64,000 nt of DNA from Firmicutes bacterium UBA5435 (GTDB taxonomy: Bacteria > Bacillota > UBA5435), in assembly GCA_002426645.1 (NCBI GenBank), contig DIRN01000069.1, positions 12,469 to 76,468 of the forward strand, in the 5' to 3' direction. Shown piece by piece: positions 40,947-53,114 of the stretch (position 1 is its first letter; every line of letters begins with the position of its first letter). A program made the position numbers and the translations under genes. The notes below the pieces were generated by a model, which had not been told where the DNA came from, ran no database searches, and saw only the letters and a program-made list of their open reading frames with translations.

Positions 40947-42641
40947 ATGTCAAAGGATATAGTGGTTAACGTAGATGCCGCCGAAACCCGAGTTGCTATT
41001 ATAGAAAATGGAACCCTTGTTGAGTTGTTTATTGAGAGGACTGCGAATCGTCGAATCGTCGGCAATATATATAAAGGTAGGGTCACTAACGTATTACCAG
41101 GAATGCAATCGGCTTTTGTAGATATAGGACTTGAACGAAACGCCTTTTTATATGTAGACGATGCTCTTGCCACTGCTGAGCTTCGTTCAGTAGGTCATGA
41201 TGATATTGATGGTTTACAGACACCTTCTATAAAAGATGTGCTTAAAGTAGGGCAGGATATTCTAGTTCAAATTACAAAGGAGCCTATGGGGACTAAAGGC
41301 GCTAGAGTTATAACCCATACTACCTTACCCGGTCGATATGTAGTTTTAATGCCTACAGTAAATTATATAGGGATATCTAGACGCATATCTTCAGAGAAGG
41401 AAAGGGACCGCCTTAAAAAGATTGCTAAGTCCATAAGGCCAAAAGGAATGGGTTTAATAGTGCGTACTGTGGCAGAAGGGAAAGATGAGAAGGAATTGAC
41501 TAATGACGTTAGATTCCTTTTTAAAGTATGGCGTAGGATAAGAGATACCGCCAAGAGAAGTAAGAGCCCTGCTCTCCTCTATGAAGATCATGACTTGCTT
41601 TATAGGGTTGTAAGAGATTTTTTCACATCTGAGGTAGATAGATTTTTAATAGATTCTAAGTCTCAATATGAAGAGGTCTTAAGCTTATTAAATATAATTG
41701 GTTCCAATCTCAAGAGGAGGGTTACTCTTTATCGGAAGAACGCCCCTATCTTTGATTATTTCGGGATAGAATCTGAGATAGATAAGGCTTTGAAACGTAA
41801 GGTATGGCTAAGTTGTGGAGGATACCTGATCTTTGATCAAACAGAGGCTCTAACTAGCATAGATGTAAATACTGGTAAGTACATAGGTACTACTAATCTT
41901 GCTGATACAGTTCTAAAGACTAATTTAGAAGCAGCCAAAGAAATTGCTCGACAATTGAGATTGCGCAATATTGGTGGTATAATAGTAATTGATTTTATCG
42001 ATATGGCATCTCAAAAGGATGAGCATAAGGTCGTAGAGATCTTTGAGAGGGAGCTTAAAAAAGATAAGACCAAAACTCATGTGCTGGGATTTACTCGCCT
42101 AGGTCTTTTAGAAGTTACGAGAAAGAAGACTAAAGAAGGGCTAGATGATATACTTCAACGCACTTGCACTTGCTGTGATGGAAAGGGAAAGGTGCTATCT
42201 GAAGAGACTGCGGCAATAAGAGCTGAACGTGAAATACGGAGATTAGCCAGACAAGCGGAGTCAGAAGCAATTCTAATAGAAGTTCATCCAGGGGTTGCAG
42301 CGCTTCTCATAGGTTCTGGTGGGAGTAATCTTCGTAAGATAGAAGAGGAAACCGGAATGTATGTATATATAAAAGGGTCAGCGGAATTAAGCACAGATGG
42401 TATTAAAGTAGTTAGTGTTGGAGCCAGGCTTGAGGTTGAGGAGAAGGCTCTTCCTGTAAGAGAAGGACAAATAATGGAAGTAAAGATAGAAGAGTCTCAC
42501 GTTTCAAATCGTGGCAACGGTATAGCTAGGGTTGATGGTTATGTCATTGATATAGAAGACGGGGGAAAGTTCGTAGGCAAGAAGGCAAAAGTAGAGATAA
42601 ATAAGGCATTCAGGACCTATGCAAAGGCTAAGTTACTTTAA
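40947..42641 (+). CDS. rng: Ribonuclease E/G family endoribonuclease (Rng-like, with C-terminal TRAM/S1-like domain)
   Basis: S1 domain N-terminus (IYKGRVTNVLPGMQSAFVDIG), DNase-I-like and RNase H subdomain motifs. C-terminal TRAM-like region. Confidence 0.85.
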   Translation: MSKDIVVNVDAAETRVAIIENGTLVELFIERTANRRIVGNIYKGRVTNVLPGMQSAFVDIGLERNAFLYVDDALATAELRSVGHDDIDGLQTPSIKDVLKVGQDILVQITKEPMGTKGARVITHTTLPGRYVVLMPTVNYIGISRRISSEKERDRLKKIAKSIRPKGMGLIVRTVAEGKDEKELTNDVRFLFKVWRRIRDTAKRSKSPALLYEDHDLLYRVVRDFFTSEVDRFLIDSKSQYEEVLSLLNIIGSNLKRRVTLYRKNAPIFDYFGIESEIDKALKRKVWLSCGGYLIFDQTEALTSIDVNTGKYIGTTNLADTVLKTNLEAAKEIARQLRLRNIGGIIVIDFIDMASQKDEHKVVEIFERELKKDKTKTHVLGFTRLGLLEVTRKKTKEGLDDILQRTCTCCDGKGKVLSEETAAIRAEREIRRLARQAESEAILIEVHPGVAALLIGSGGSNLRKIEEETGMYVYIKGSAELSTDGIKVVSVGARLEVEEKALPVREGQIMEVKIEESHVSNRGNGIARVDGYVIDIEDGGKFVGKKAKVEINKAFRTYAKAKLL

Positions 42642-42658
42642 AACTGGGGGTTAGGTTA

Positions 42659-43711
42659 TTGGCACGAGACACAGATAAAAAGAGAAAACATTTGACAATA
42701 GCAGATGTGGCTCGAATAGCCGGTGTTTCTGGGATGACGGTGAAGCGTGTCTTAGATCAAGAGGATTGTGTCAGGGAAGAGACTAGAGAAAGGGTTTTAA
42801 AAGTTGTTAAAGAACTAGGATATGTACGCAACCCCAATGCCCGCGCTTTAAGCAAGCGTAAGAACTTTAACATTGGCATTTTAATCTCTAGGTCTTTACA
42901 AGGGCATGTTTATACTGAAAGCTTTATGGGAGAGATAATTGATGGCATTCAAGGAGCTCTTGTAGATACAGACTATCATGCATTGATAGAAGCCACTACA
43001 GGTAGCCATGACAGCGATCTACCAAAATCTTTTAGACAAAGGAAGATAGACGGGGCTATTATTATGGGAGCCCCGTTCTCACCATCCTTTATAAAAGCAT
43101 TGAGTGAAGAAGGCTTACCAATAGTAATAACTAGTCGCTATCTACCTTTAAGTGAACTCCCTGATACTGTTAGTGCAGTTGAACCTGCAAATCAAGAAGG
43201 GGGAATGCTTGCAGCTAGACATCTTATTGAAAAGGGGCATAAAGACATATTCGTGATAGGTGTTGCCAAAAATCGAGTTCATCAAGAGCGTTTCCATGGT
43301 GCTTTATCAGAAATCAAACGAACAGGGCTAAAAGTTAATGAACCTATATTTTGCATGAATACACCTTATGAAGCTGGCAAAAACTGTGCAAAAGAGCTCT
43401 TAGAACGCGGGAAACTCATGAAACGAGCTTTCTTTATTACACATGCCCAAATTGGTATAGGTTTCCTTGATGAACTTTCCGATGCAAAGGTTAATATACC
43501 TAACGATATTTCCGTTATTGTTTATGGCGATTTAGAGCTCCTAAGAAGATATATCCCTCCTATAACAACTGTAGGTATTAATTATATTGATCTTGGCTAT
43601 ACAGCTGCAGTTGAATTATTAAAGCGTTTGGAAGTTCCGAATATTCCTAAAGCACGTGAGATAAATCCTATGCTCTTTGAACGAGCCTCAGTGAAAGATA
43701 TTAATATTTAA
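42659..43711 (+). CDS. LacI-family transcriptional regulator
   Basis: HTH LTIADVARIAGVSGMTVKRVLD followed by a periplasmic-binding-protein-like sugar-binding domain. The true start may be TTG 42695. Confidence 0.85.
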   Translation: MARDTDKKRKHLTIADVARIAGVSGMTVKRVLDQEDCVREETRERVLKVVKELGYVRNPNARALSKRKNFNIGILISRSLQGHVYTESFMGEIIDGIQGALVDTDYHALIEATTGSHDSDLPKSFRQRKIDGAIIMGAPFSPSFIKALSEEGLPIVITSRYLPLSELPDTVSAVEPANQEGGMLAARHLIEKGHKDIFVIGVAKNRVHQERFHGALSEIKRTGLKVNEPIFCMNTPYEAGKNCAKELLERGKLMKRAFFITHAQIGIGFLDELSDAKVNIPNDISVIVYGDLELLRRYIPPITTVGINYIDLGYTAAVELLKRLEVPNIPKAREINPMLFERASVKDINI

Positions 43712-43779
43712 ATCTTTTTACAGGAGGAGTTTTTAATTTAACGCCGAAATAATCTCTTAATAAAGGTTAGTTTTGCACC

Positions 43780-43805
43780 CATTTATGTTATCGCTAACAT
43801 AAATG
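43780..43805. promoter_or_regulatory. LacI-type operator palindrome CATTTATGTTA-tcgc-TAACATAAATG
   Basis: Perfect 11-bp inverted repeat around a central CG (TGTTATCGCTAACA core, cre/LacI-family-like). Lies 60 bp upstream of the oxidoreductase gene and downstream of the regulator gene. Confidence 0.6.
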
Positions 43806-43866
43806 ATGTATGATATCAATTTAGGCTCATCGAAAGGAGCAAATATAAGACAGGGAGGATAATAGG

Positions 43867-45129
43867 ATGAAGACTAATTATGATGTAATTGTTTGTGGGG
43901 GAGGCCCTGGTGGTATTGGTGCTGCAGTAGGAGCAGCTAGGGCTGGTGCTGATGTACTTTTAATTGAGCGTTATGGATTTTTAGGTGGAGGAGCCACGGC
44001 AATGATGGTTAATCCTTTTATGACGTACTTTGCTGGGAAACGTCAGATAATCCATGGTGTCTTTCAACTAATGCTTAATAAATTAACAGCTATGGGGGCA
44101 TATGGGAGTGAGAAGGCTCCCCGGGCTTTTGATGCAGAAGCCTTTAAAATAGCTGCTGAAGAGATATGCAGAGAAGCAGGGGTGACCTTACTTTATCATA
44201 CTTTTCTCGCAGATGCTCAAACTCAGGATAATCAGATTCAGAGTATTAGTGTAGCTACTAAAGATGGATTGAAGACCCTACAGGCTAAGATCTTTATTGA
44301 TTCTACTGGAGACGGAGATATAGCGTTCTTTGCTGGGGCAGATATAGAAAAGGGGCGTTCTGAAGATGGTTTAACTCAACCTATGACGTTGAATTTCCGT
44401 ATGGCAGGTGTTGACATTCAGAGACTTCCCTCGCGTGCGGAGATTACAGCTAAATATGTGGAGGCCAAGGAACGTGAAGAAATTCAATGTCCTAGAGAAA
44501 ACATATTGTATTTCTTTGCAACCCAACTTGATGTAGTCCATTTTAATCAAACACGGATAATCCGTCATGATGCCACTGATCCAATATCTTTTACCCTTGC
44601 AGAGATAGAGGGTAGACGTCAGGCATGGCAGATTTCTCAATGGTTGATAAGAAATATCCCTGGTTTCGAGAAAGCCTATCTTCAGCAAACAGCTCCTCAA
44701 ATAGGAGTGCGAGAATCCCGTAGGGTCATTGGAGAGTACCTTTTAACAGCGGAGGATCTGCTTAGTGCCCTTAGATTTAAGGATGTTATAGCTTGTGGGA
44801 GTTATTCAGTAGATATCCATAATCCAGATGGGGAAGGGACTGTTATTAAAAAGCTAAAACCAGGTGAATGGTACGATATCCCTTACCGTTCTTTAGTCCC
44901 TCTTAAAGTAGATAATTTATTAATTGGTGGACGTTCCATCTCCTCTACTCACGAAGCTCACTCTGCCATCCGTGTGATGCCTATTGTTTTTGGAATAGGG
45001 CATGCTGCTGGTGTTGCAGCGGGACTATGTATAGCTTCTGGTACCATACCGCGTCAGGCAGATTACAGGAAGATTCAAAGAGAACTATTGAGGCAAGGAG
45101 CAACACTAGGGGATATTTGCTTTGAATAG
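43867..45129 (+). CDS. FAD-dependent oxidoreductase (PF12831-like)
   Basis: Rossmann GxGxxG VIVCGGGPGGIGAAVGAARAGADVLLIERYGFLGG at the N-terminus. 420 aa. Confidence 0.8.
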   Translation: MKTNYDVIVCGGGPGGIGAAVGAARAGADVLLIERYGFLGGGATAMMVNPFMTYFAGKRQIIHGVFQLMLNKLTAMGAYGSEKAPRAFDAEAFKIAAEEICREAGVTLLYHTFLADAQTQDNQIQSISVATKDGLKTLQAKIFIDSTGDGDIAFFAGADIEKGRSEDGLTQPMTLNFRMAGVDIQRLPSRAEITAKYVEAKEREEIQCPRENILYFFATQLDVVHFNQTRIIRHDATDPISFTLAEIEGRRQAWQISQWLIRNIPGFEKAYLQQTAPQIGVRESRRVIGEYLLTAEDLLSALRFKDVIACGSYSVDIHNPDGEGTVIKKLKPGEWYDIPYRSLVPLKVDNLLIGGRSISSTHEAHSAIRVMPIVFGIGHAAGVAAGLCIASGTIPRQADYRKIQRELLRQGATLGDICFE

Positions 45130-45192
45130 AAGGACTTTGCTTATGATTGTTGAATACATTTCTTATATTCCTAATTAAGGAAGGTGTATAAG

Positions 45193-46217
45193 ATGTCAGA
45201 AACCAAAGAAAAATTTGACCATATAGAACATTCTAAGAACATGTATGCATTAGCAAGACCACGTGAGTTTAGTTTTAAAGCAACGTCTGCTACTGAATTT
45301 GAGGATTGGAAGAAATCATTCAGCGAGCGTTTAAAGAATATCTTAGGCCTTAATAATATTGCGAGGGATCTAAAAGGATATAAACCAGCAGCTGAACTCT
45401 TTGAGTCTGTAGACAAAGGTGATTACCTACAGGAGAAATGGTACCTTAAGGTAGAACTCACCCTATGATATATCAGAGCCTTTACCTTTAGTACTAACAC
45501 CTCATGGCCATAACCATCCTGAAATATATAGGGGAGGCTAAGACAGAACGAGACCTGGCGTCAATAGCTCAAGGAGAACGCGACATAGCTGTTCAGGCAG
45601 TACGAGAGGGCTATATCGTTATGTCACCTACCATAAGAGGATTTGGAGAGACACGAACTGAAGAAGATATAAGGGATGGGAGAGTAAGTTCCTGTAGGCT
45701 CCAATTAATGCATGGTCTGTTGGTAGGTCGTACACCTATTGGGGAACGAGTTTGGGATATGTCGCGTTTAATTGATTGGGCTATAGATAATTTACCCATT
45801 GATAAAGAGAGAATAGCCATTACAGGGAATTCAGGTGGGGGTACTGTGTCTCTATTTGCTGCAGCATGTGATGAGAGGATCTCTGTTGCAGTTCCCAGTT
45901 GCTATTTTTGTACCTTTGAGGGGAGTATAGGTACTATCCGTCACTGTGACTGTAATTATGTACCTGGTATCTTAAGGTTAGCTGAGATGTACGAGGTAGC
46001 TGGTTTAATAGCTCCGAGACCTTTATGTGTTATCGCTGGGGTAGAGGATAAGATATTCCCTATTGAGCACGTACGTGAGGCATACAAAAACCTTAGTGAG
46101 ATCTATGAAGTAGCAGGTGTCTCTGAACGTTGTGAGCTTTATATTGGCCCAGAAGGACATCGCTATTACAAGGCAGGGTCTTGGCCATTTATTCGTAAAT
46201 GGTTTAGCAAAGCCTAA
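45193..46217 (+). pseudogene. Alpha/beta-hydrolase (esterase, AXE1/dienelactone-hydrolase-like) disrupted by two frameshifts
   Basis: N-terminal part in one frame (45193-45468). Central ..LPLVLTPHGHNHPEIYRGG* is in a second frame. GNSGGG nucleophile elbow and C-terminal GPEGHRY His are in a third (45504-46217). Confidence 0.55.
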
Positions 46218-46251
46218 ATAAAGAGCCTTAGCTAAATACTTTGCTTTTTTC

Positions 46252-46280
46252 TTGACAAAGGGGTCAATACATAGTAAAAT
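46252..46280 (+). promoter_or_regulatory. Consensus sigmaA promoter TTGACA-17-TAAAAT for rplU operon
   Basis: -35 TTGACA 46252-57, 17-nt spacer, -10 TAAAAT 46275-80. A 96-nt structured leader follows (possible L21 leader). Confidence 0.6.
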
Positions 46281-46376
46281 ATAGCGTGAGCATATTTTTG
46301 CCTAACCGCTCGAAGCAGGTCTTAAAAGATTATCTACCTGACTTTGGCGAGTATATTCTGAGGAGGATAACTTTGT

Positions 46377-46691
46377 ATGTACGCAGTTATTGAAACTGGT
46401 GGTAAACAGTATAAAGTGAGTGAAGGCGATATTTTAAAGATCGAGAAGTTAAATGTAGAAGAAGGTCAAGATGTAAAATTTGATAAGGTGCTTCTTTATA
46501 GTAATGGAGACGAATTACAGATTGGAAAGCCGTTACTTGAGAATGTTTCAGTCTCAGGTAAGGTTTTAGCCCATGGAAAAGGAAAGAAGATAATAGTTTT
46601 TAAGTATAAACCCAAGAAGAACTACCGTAAGAAGAAGGGTCATCGTCAGCTCTTTACTAAAGTTCGCATCGAAGAAATTGCCATAGCTTAA
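46377..46691 (+). CDS. rplU: 50S ribosomal protein L21
   Basis: [18 protein letters not shown]... is the canonical L21. Confidence 0.95.
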   Translation: MYAVIETGGKQYKVSEGDILKIEKLNVEEGQDVKFDKVLLYSNGDELQIGKPLLENVSVSGKVLAHGKGKKIIVFKYKPKKNYRKKKGHRQLFTKVRIEEIAIA

Positions 46692-46706
46692 GCATGAGGT
46701 GCCTAA

Positions 46707-47042
46707 ATGATCGAAGTGTGGTTTTTAAGAGACGATGAAGATCATATAGTGGAATTTCGCGTATCTGGACACGCAGAATTTAATGAGTACGGCGCGGATA
46801 TTGTATGCGCTGCTGTTTCTATTCTTGTTCAAAGCGCAATCCTTGGACTTGAGGAACATCTTAATATAGAGATTGATGTCAAGGTTGTTTCTGGAATGAT
46901 AGGATGTACTATTTCAGAGATAGAAGATAGTATCATGCGTTTGAGAGTTGATGCGATTTTAGAAACCATGATCCTTGGATTACAGGGAATAGCAGAAGAA
47001 TATGAGAAAAACGTTAAAATAATTGAGGCTGATCGGTGTTAA
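46707..47042 (+). CDS. prp: Ribosomal-processing cysteine protease Prp (YsxB/DUF464)
   Basis: 111 aa between rplU and rpmA. Conserved GHA..CAAVS motif (catalytic His/Cys). Confidence 0.85.
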   Translation: MIEVWFLRDDEDHIVEFRVSGHAEFNEYGADIVCAAVSILVQSAILGLEEHLNIEIDVKVVSGMIGCTISEIEDSIMRLRVDAILETMILGLQGIAEEYEKNVKIIEADRC

Positions 47043-47064
47043 ACTGGTATGGAGGTGAACAATT

Positions 47065-47364
47065 ATGAGAATAGATCTTCAGTTTTTTGCGAAGAAGAAG
47101 GGTGTTGGTAGCTCTAGGAATGGTAGAGATAGTGAATCAAAGCGCCTTGGCGTAAAGAGATATGGTGGGGAGCTTGTCTCGGCTGGTAGCATTATTATAA
47201 GACAGAGAGGTACTAAAATCAAGCCAGGCGAAAATGTAGGTCTTGGAAGAGATCACACTCTCTTTGCCACTATTGACGGATATGTTTCTTTTGAACACTC
47301 GGGTAGGAACGGAAGGAAAGTAAGCGTACTTTCTGAAGATGAATGGATGGCAATAAACGCATAA
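47065..47364 (+). CDS. rpmA: 50S ribosomal protein L27 (with N-terminal propeptide cleaved by Prp)
   Basis: [23 protein letters not shown]... gives the Firmicutes N-terminal extension followed by the L27 core. Confidence 0.95.
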   Translation: MRIDLQFFAKKKGVGSSRNGRDSESKRLGVKRYGGELVSAGSIIIRQRGTKIKPGENVGLGRDHTLFATIDGYVSFEHSGRNGRKVSVLSEDEWMAINA

Positions 47365-47384
47365 GAATATATTTATAAATCTGG

Positions 47385-47426
47385 ACGTGCTCGTATTAAA
47401 TGAAAGCGGGCACGTTTTTTCTTTTT
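47385..47426 (+). terminator. Rho-independent terminator after rpmA
   Basis: Stem ACGTGCTCG (47385-93) with CGGGCACGT (47407-15), followed by TTTTTTCTTTTT. Confidence 0.8.
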
Positions 47427-47676
47427 AGTCCAGCAATGTACAGCTGAACATCTATAAGTCAATTCAAGTCATACTTATACATGAATCAATAAAGTTTAAA
47501 AGATATACATGAAAAGAGGAAATATGGTAAAAATGTCGAATAAATAAATACTGCGCTATATTTATGGTAAAAGGCTAAGTTATTTTATTAATGTTGCTTT
47601 ATTACAACTTTTCTAAAGTGGCAGCAAAATAAGTGTATTCGTATTCAACATGACTAGATAAGGGTGTGGGCTTGTT

Positions 47677-48576
47677 ATGCAACGCAAGGAATTTTCAAAG
47701 ATCTTTGGTATTATAATGGTTCTTTTCCTCCAAACCATCATAATCCTTTGGCTATCTCTAAATGTCTATATAAAAGATGTTGAAGCTTCGTATGAAGTTC
47801 CCGTTATTGCTTTGCGAATTCCCGCATTCTTTGCGATTATTTTGTCATGCGTTAGCGTAAGAATGACTAAGAGATTGGTAGAGATGGCTAATGCTGAAAT
47901 AGAGAGTGAGCTATATCGAGTGGAACTTCAACGGAGTAAGGAGCTCATAGATTCTCTTCGAGCACAACGTCATGATTTTTATACTTATCTCAGCGTTCTT
48001 ATGGGACTCATACAACTTGGGAAGACTAATAAAGCTATAGATTATATATCTGATGTCGCGAAGAATTTACAGGAAATTGGCTCAATAGCTGAGCTTGAAG
48101 ACCATTCTATCTTGAACGCGCTTATTGTAACAAAGAAAAGCAGAGCTTTAGAAGAAGGGTTTACCTTTACACTTAAGTTTCAAACGGCTTTAAATGATGT
48201 AAAGATCTCTGAGTATAAACTTTCAAGGATTTTAGGGAATATAATAGATAATGCTATAGATGCTCTTAAAGAAAACCGTCCACTTGAACCTAGGCTAGAG
48301 GTTACTGTAGAACGAAGAGAGAATACAATCGTATTTAGTATATGGAATAACGGTCCTCCTATCTCTAAAGATAAGATATGTAGGATATTTGAATCAGGAT
48401 ACACTACTAAAGATGGTGATGGGCATGGCTTGGGTCTTAGCATTGTAAAGACCCTTGTGAGTGAGATGGGTGGCACTGTAGATGTTACAAGCGATTTAGA
48501 AGAAGGCACCTGTTTTACTATAGCTATACCATTTGTTCTTTTATCAATATCACAAAGTGATAAGGAAATACCTTGA
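47677..48576 (+). CDS. Membrane-anchored sensor histidine kinase (2 TM, SpoOB/CitA-type alpha-helical DHp with H-box QRHDF, intact GHKL ATPase)
   Basis: TM1/TM2 with a roughly 15-residue external loop. H-box RAQRHDFYTYLSVLMGLIQLG. N-box LGNIIDNAIDA, G1 WNNGPPI, G2 GHGLGLSIV. No adjacent response regulator. Sits in the rpmA-(spo0B)-obg slot. Confidence 0.8.
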   Translation: MQRKEFSKIFGIIMVLFLQTIIILWLSLNVYIKDVEASYEVPVIALRIPAFFAIILSCVSVRMTKRLVEMANAEIESELYRVELQRSKELIDSLRAQRHDFYTYLSVLMGLIQLGKTNKAIDYISDVAKNLQEIGSIAELEDHSILNALIVTKKSRALEEGFTFTLKFQTALNDVKISEYKLSRILGNIIDNAIDALKENRPLEPRLEVTVERRENTIVFSIWNNGPPISKDKICRIFESGYTTKDGDGHGLGLSIVKTLVSEMGGTVDVTSDLEEGTCFTIAIPFVLLSISQSDKEIP

Positions 48577-48690
48577 ACTTATATTTTTTATAGTATATAC
48601 TGAAGATATCAGATCACGAGATAAGCAGTTTGATGCTATCTCGTTTCTTGTAAAATGAGGTGAATCCCTCGGTGTGGTACGGAGGTGTAA

Positions 48691-51088
<2,398 letters not shown>

Positions 51089-51093
51089 TATAG

Positions 51094-52347
51094 GTGAATA
51101 AGAGTGAAGTCTTTGAGAGGGCCTCTAAGGCGAAGGATGCAGCACGTCTCCTTAGTAATCTTTCAACTGAGGTAAAGAATAATGCCCTTCTTGCTATGGC
51201 TGATGCCCTTGAGCAGGAGACGGATACTATAATACAATCTAATAAGATTGATGTAGAGATAGGGAAGAAAAAAAATCTTCCTGCTGCTCTCGTTGACAGG
51301 CTCGTACTGAATGAATCGAGAATAAAGGGTATGGCTGATGGTTTACGCGAAGTAGCTGAACTTCCAGATCCTGTAGGTAAAGTCATTTCCATGTGGCGGC
51401 GCCCTAATGGTCTTGAGATCGGCCGGCGTCGTGTTCCCCTTGGTGTAGTAGGTATAATCTATGAGGCTAGACCAAATGTTACTGTGGATGCAGCAGGACT
51501 TGCTCTTAAAGCAGGGAATGCAGCTTTACTGCGTGGGAGTTCCGAGGCGATAAACTCTAATAAAGCCATTGTAAAGATAATAAAATCTGCTGCAAGAGGT
51601 AAGGGGATTCCTCCAGGAGCTATAGAACTCATAGAACGCACTGATAGAAAAGCAGTAGAGGAAATGATGAAGTTGCGAGGTTACATTGATGTCTTGATTC
51701 CTCGAGGAGGTCCAGGACTTATTAAGGCTGTAGTTGAGAACTCCATTGTGCCTGTGATAGAGACAGGCGCTGGAAATTGCCACACCTATATTGAAGCATC
51801 AGCAGATCTAAAGATGGCAAAGGCAATAGCTTTTAACGCAAAGACTCATCGACCTGGTGTTTGTAATGCCATGGAGACTTTGCTTGTAGATAAGCGCATA
51901 GCCCAGGAGTTCCTACCCGAGTTAGTTAAGGTCCTTCAGGAAGCAGGGGTGGATATTAGAGGGTGCGAAGAAACATGTAAGATAGTCACTAATATTAAGA
52001 GAGCTAATGAAGATGACTGGTCTACAGAATACCTAGATCTGACTTTAGCAGTAAAAATAGTGAATGGTATAGACGAAGCTATAGCGCATATAAACAAGTA
52101 CAGTACAAAGCACTCTGAGGCTATAGTTACTAGAGATTATAATATGAGCCGTAGGTTCTTAGAAGAGGTGGATGCTGCAGCTGTTTACGTTAATGCCTCT
52201 ACAAGATTTACAGATGGGAATCAGTTCGGGTTAGGTGCTGAAATGGGCATTAGCACTCAAAAACTTCATGCTCGCGGACCTATGGGCCTTGAAGAGCTCA
52301 CTACCACTAAGTTTGTAATTTACGGTAACGGACAAATTAGAAAGTAA
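51094..52347 (+). CDS. proA: Gamma-glutamyl phosphate reductase
   Basis: Aldehyde-dehydrogenase-fold ProA (..NASTRFTDG.., catalytic Cys region). 417 aa. Confidence 0.9.
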   Translation: MNKSEVFERASKAKDAARLLSNLSTEVKNNALLAMADALEQETDTIIQSNKIDVEIGKKKNLPAALVDRLVLNESRIKGMADGLREVAELPDPVGKVISMWRRPNGLEIGRRRVPLGVVGIIYEARPNVTVDAAGLALKAGNAALLRGSSEAINSNKAIVKIIKSAARGKGIPPGAIELIERTDRKAVEEMMKLRGYIDVLIPRGGPGLIKAVVENSIVPVIETGAGNCHTYIEASADLKMAKAIAFNAKTHRPGVCNAMETLLVDKRIAQEFLPELVKVLQEAGVDIRGCEETCKIVTNIKRANEDDWSTEYLDLTLAVKIVNGIDEAIAHINKYSTKHSEAIVTRDYNMSRRFLEEVDAAAVYVNASTRFTDGNQFGLGAEMGISTQKLHARGPMGLEELTTTKFVIYGNGQIRK

Positions 52348-52457
52348 GGTATATTTACAAATAGCGCACACAGAACCTTTGATTGTATGCGCCATAAATC
52401 CCATAAAAGGAGGGATATGGAACGGTATTCCTTTAGGGGATATTGTGACATTCTTCT

Positions 52458-53114
52458 GTGAAAGTAATTAAAGATAACAAAATCCGTAGGATCGGAATAA
52501 TGGGTGGAACCTTTGACCCTATTCATTATGGTCATCTCGTAACTGCTGAAGCAGCGCGTGCTGAATTTGATATGGAAGATATAATCTTCGTTCCTTCAGG
52601 ACGTCCGCCGCATAAACACGAATACGAGGTGAGCGAAGGTGAAGATCGTTACTTAATGACTGTGCTAGCAACTATAACCAATCTGAACTTCCAAGTATCC
52701 CGAACTGAGTTAGAGAGGGAAGGACCTACATATACAGTTGATACCCTCATAGATTTCCGAAAGAAATATAAAGATGACGTGGAACTTTATTTTATTACAG
52801 GCGCGGATGCTATCTTAGAGATCTTTACATGGAAAGACGTTCCGAATCTCTTGTCCTCTTGCTCTTTTGTTGCAGCAACACGCCCAGGATATTCTAGAGA
52901 GAAACTCAACGGGATAATCGATACCATCAGAGAGCGGTATGGGACTAATATATATTATTTAAATGTTCCTGCCCTTGCTATATCATCTACTGATATAAGG
53001 GAGCGGGTGAGGAGCGGTAGACCCATTAAGTATCTTTTACCTGAGGCTGTTGAGGATTATATAGCAAAGAAAGGGCTTTATGGAGAACCAATGAGGACGC
53101 GTTTAAATGGATGA
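52458..53114 (+). CDS. nadD: Nicotinate-nucleotide adenylyltransferase
   Basis: [16 protein letters not shown] (H/T)xGH motif. Start GTG 52458 (alternative ATG 52500). Confidence 0.85.
   Translation: MKVIKDNKIRRIGIMGGTFDPIHYGHLVTAEAARAEFDMEDIIFVPSGRPPHKHEYEVSEGEDRYLMTVLATITNLNFQVSRTELEREGPTYTVDTLIDFRKKYKDDVELYFITGADAILEIFTWKDVPNLLSSCSFVAATRPGYSREKLNGIIDTIRERYGTNIYYLNVPALAISSTDIRERVRSGRPIKYLLPEAVEDYIAKKGLYGEPMRTRLNG

Noticed and set aside
40577-41173. 198-aa minus-strand ORF
   Set aside because: Antisense to the DUF2344/rng junction. Ser/Ile-rich, low-complexity.
47534-47540. Single TGTCGAA Spo0A-box upstream of the kinase, taken as proof of Spo0A regulation
   Set aside because: One 7-mer in an AT-rich 250-bp region has a non-trivial chance occurrence. 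Mentioned as a hint only.
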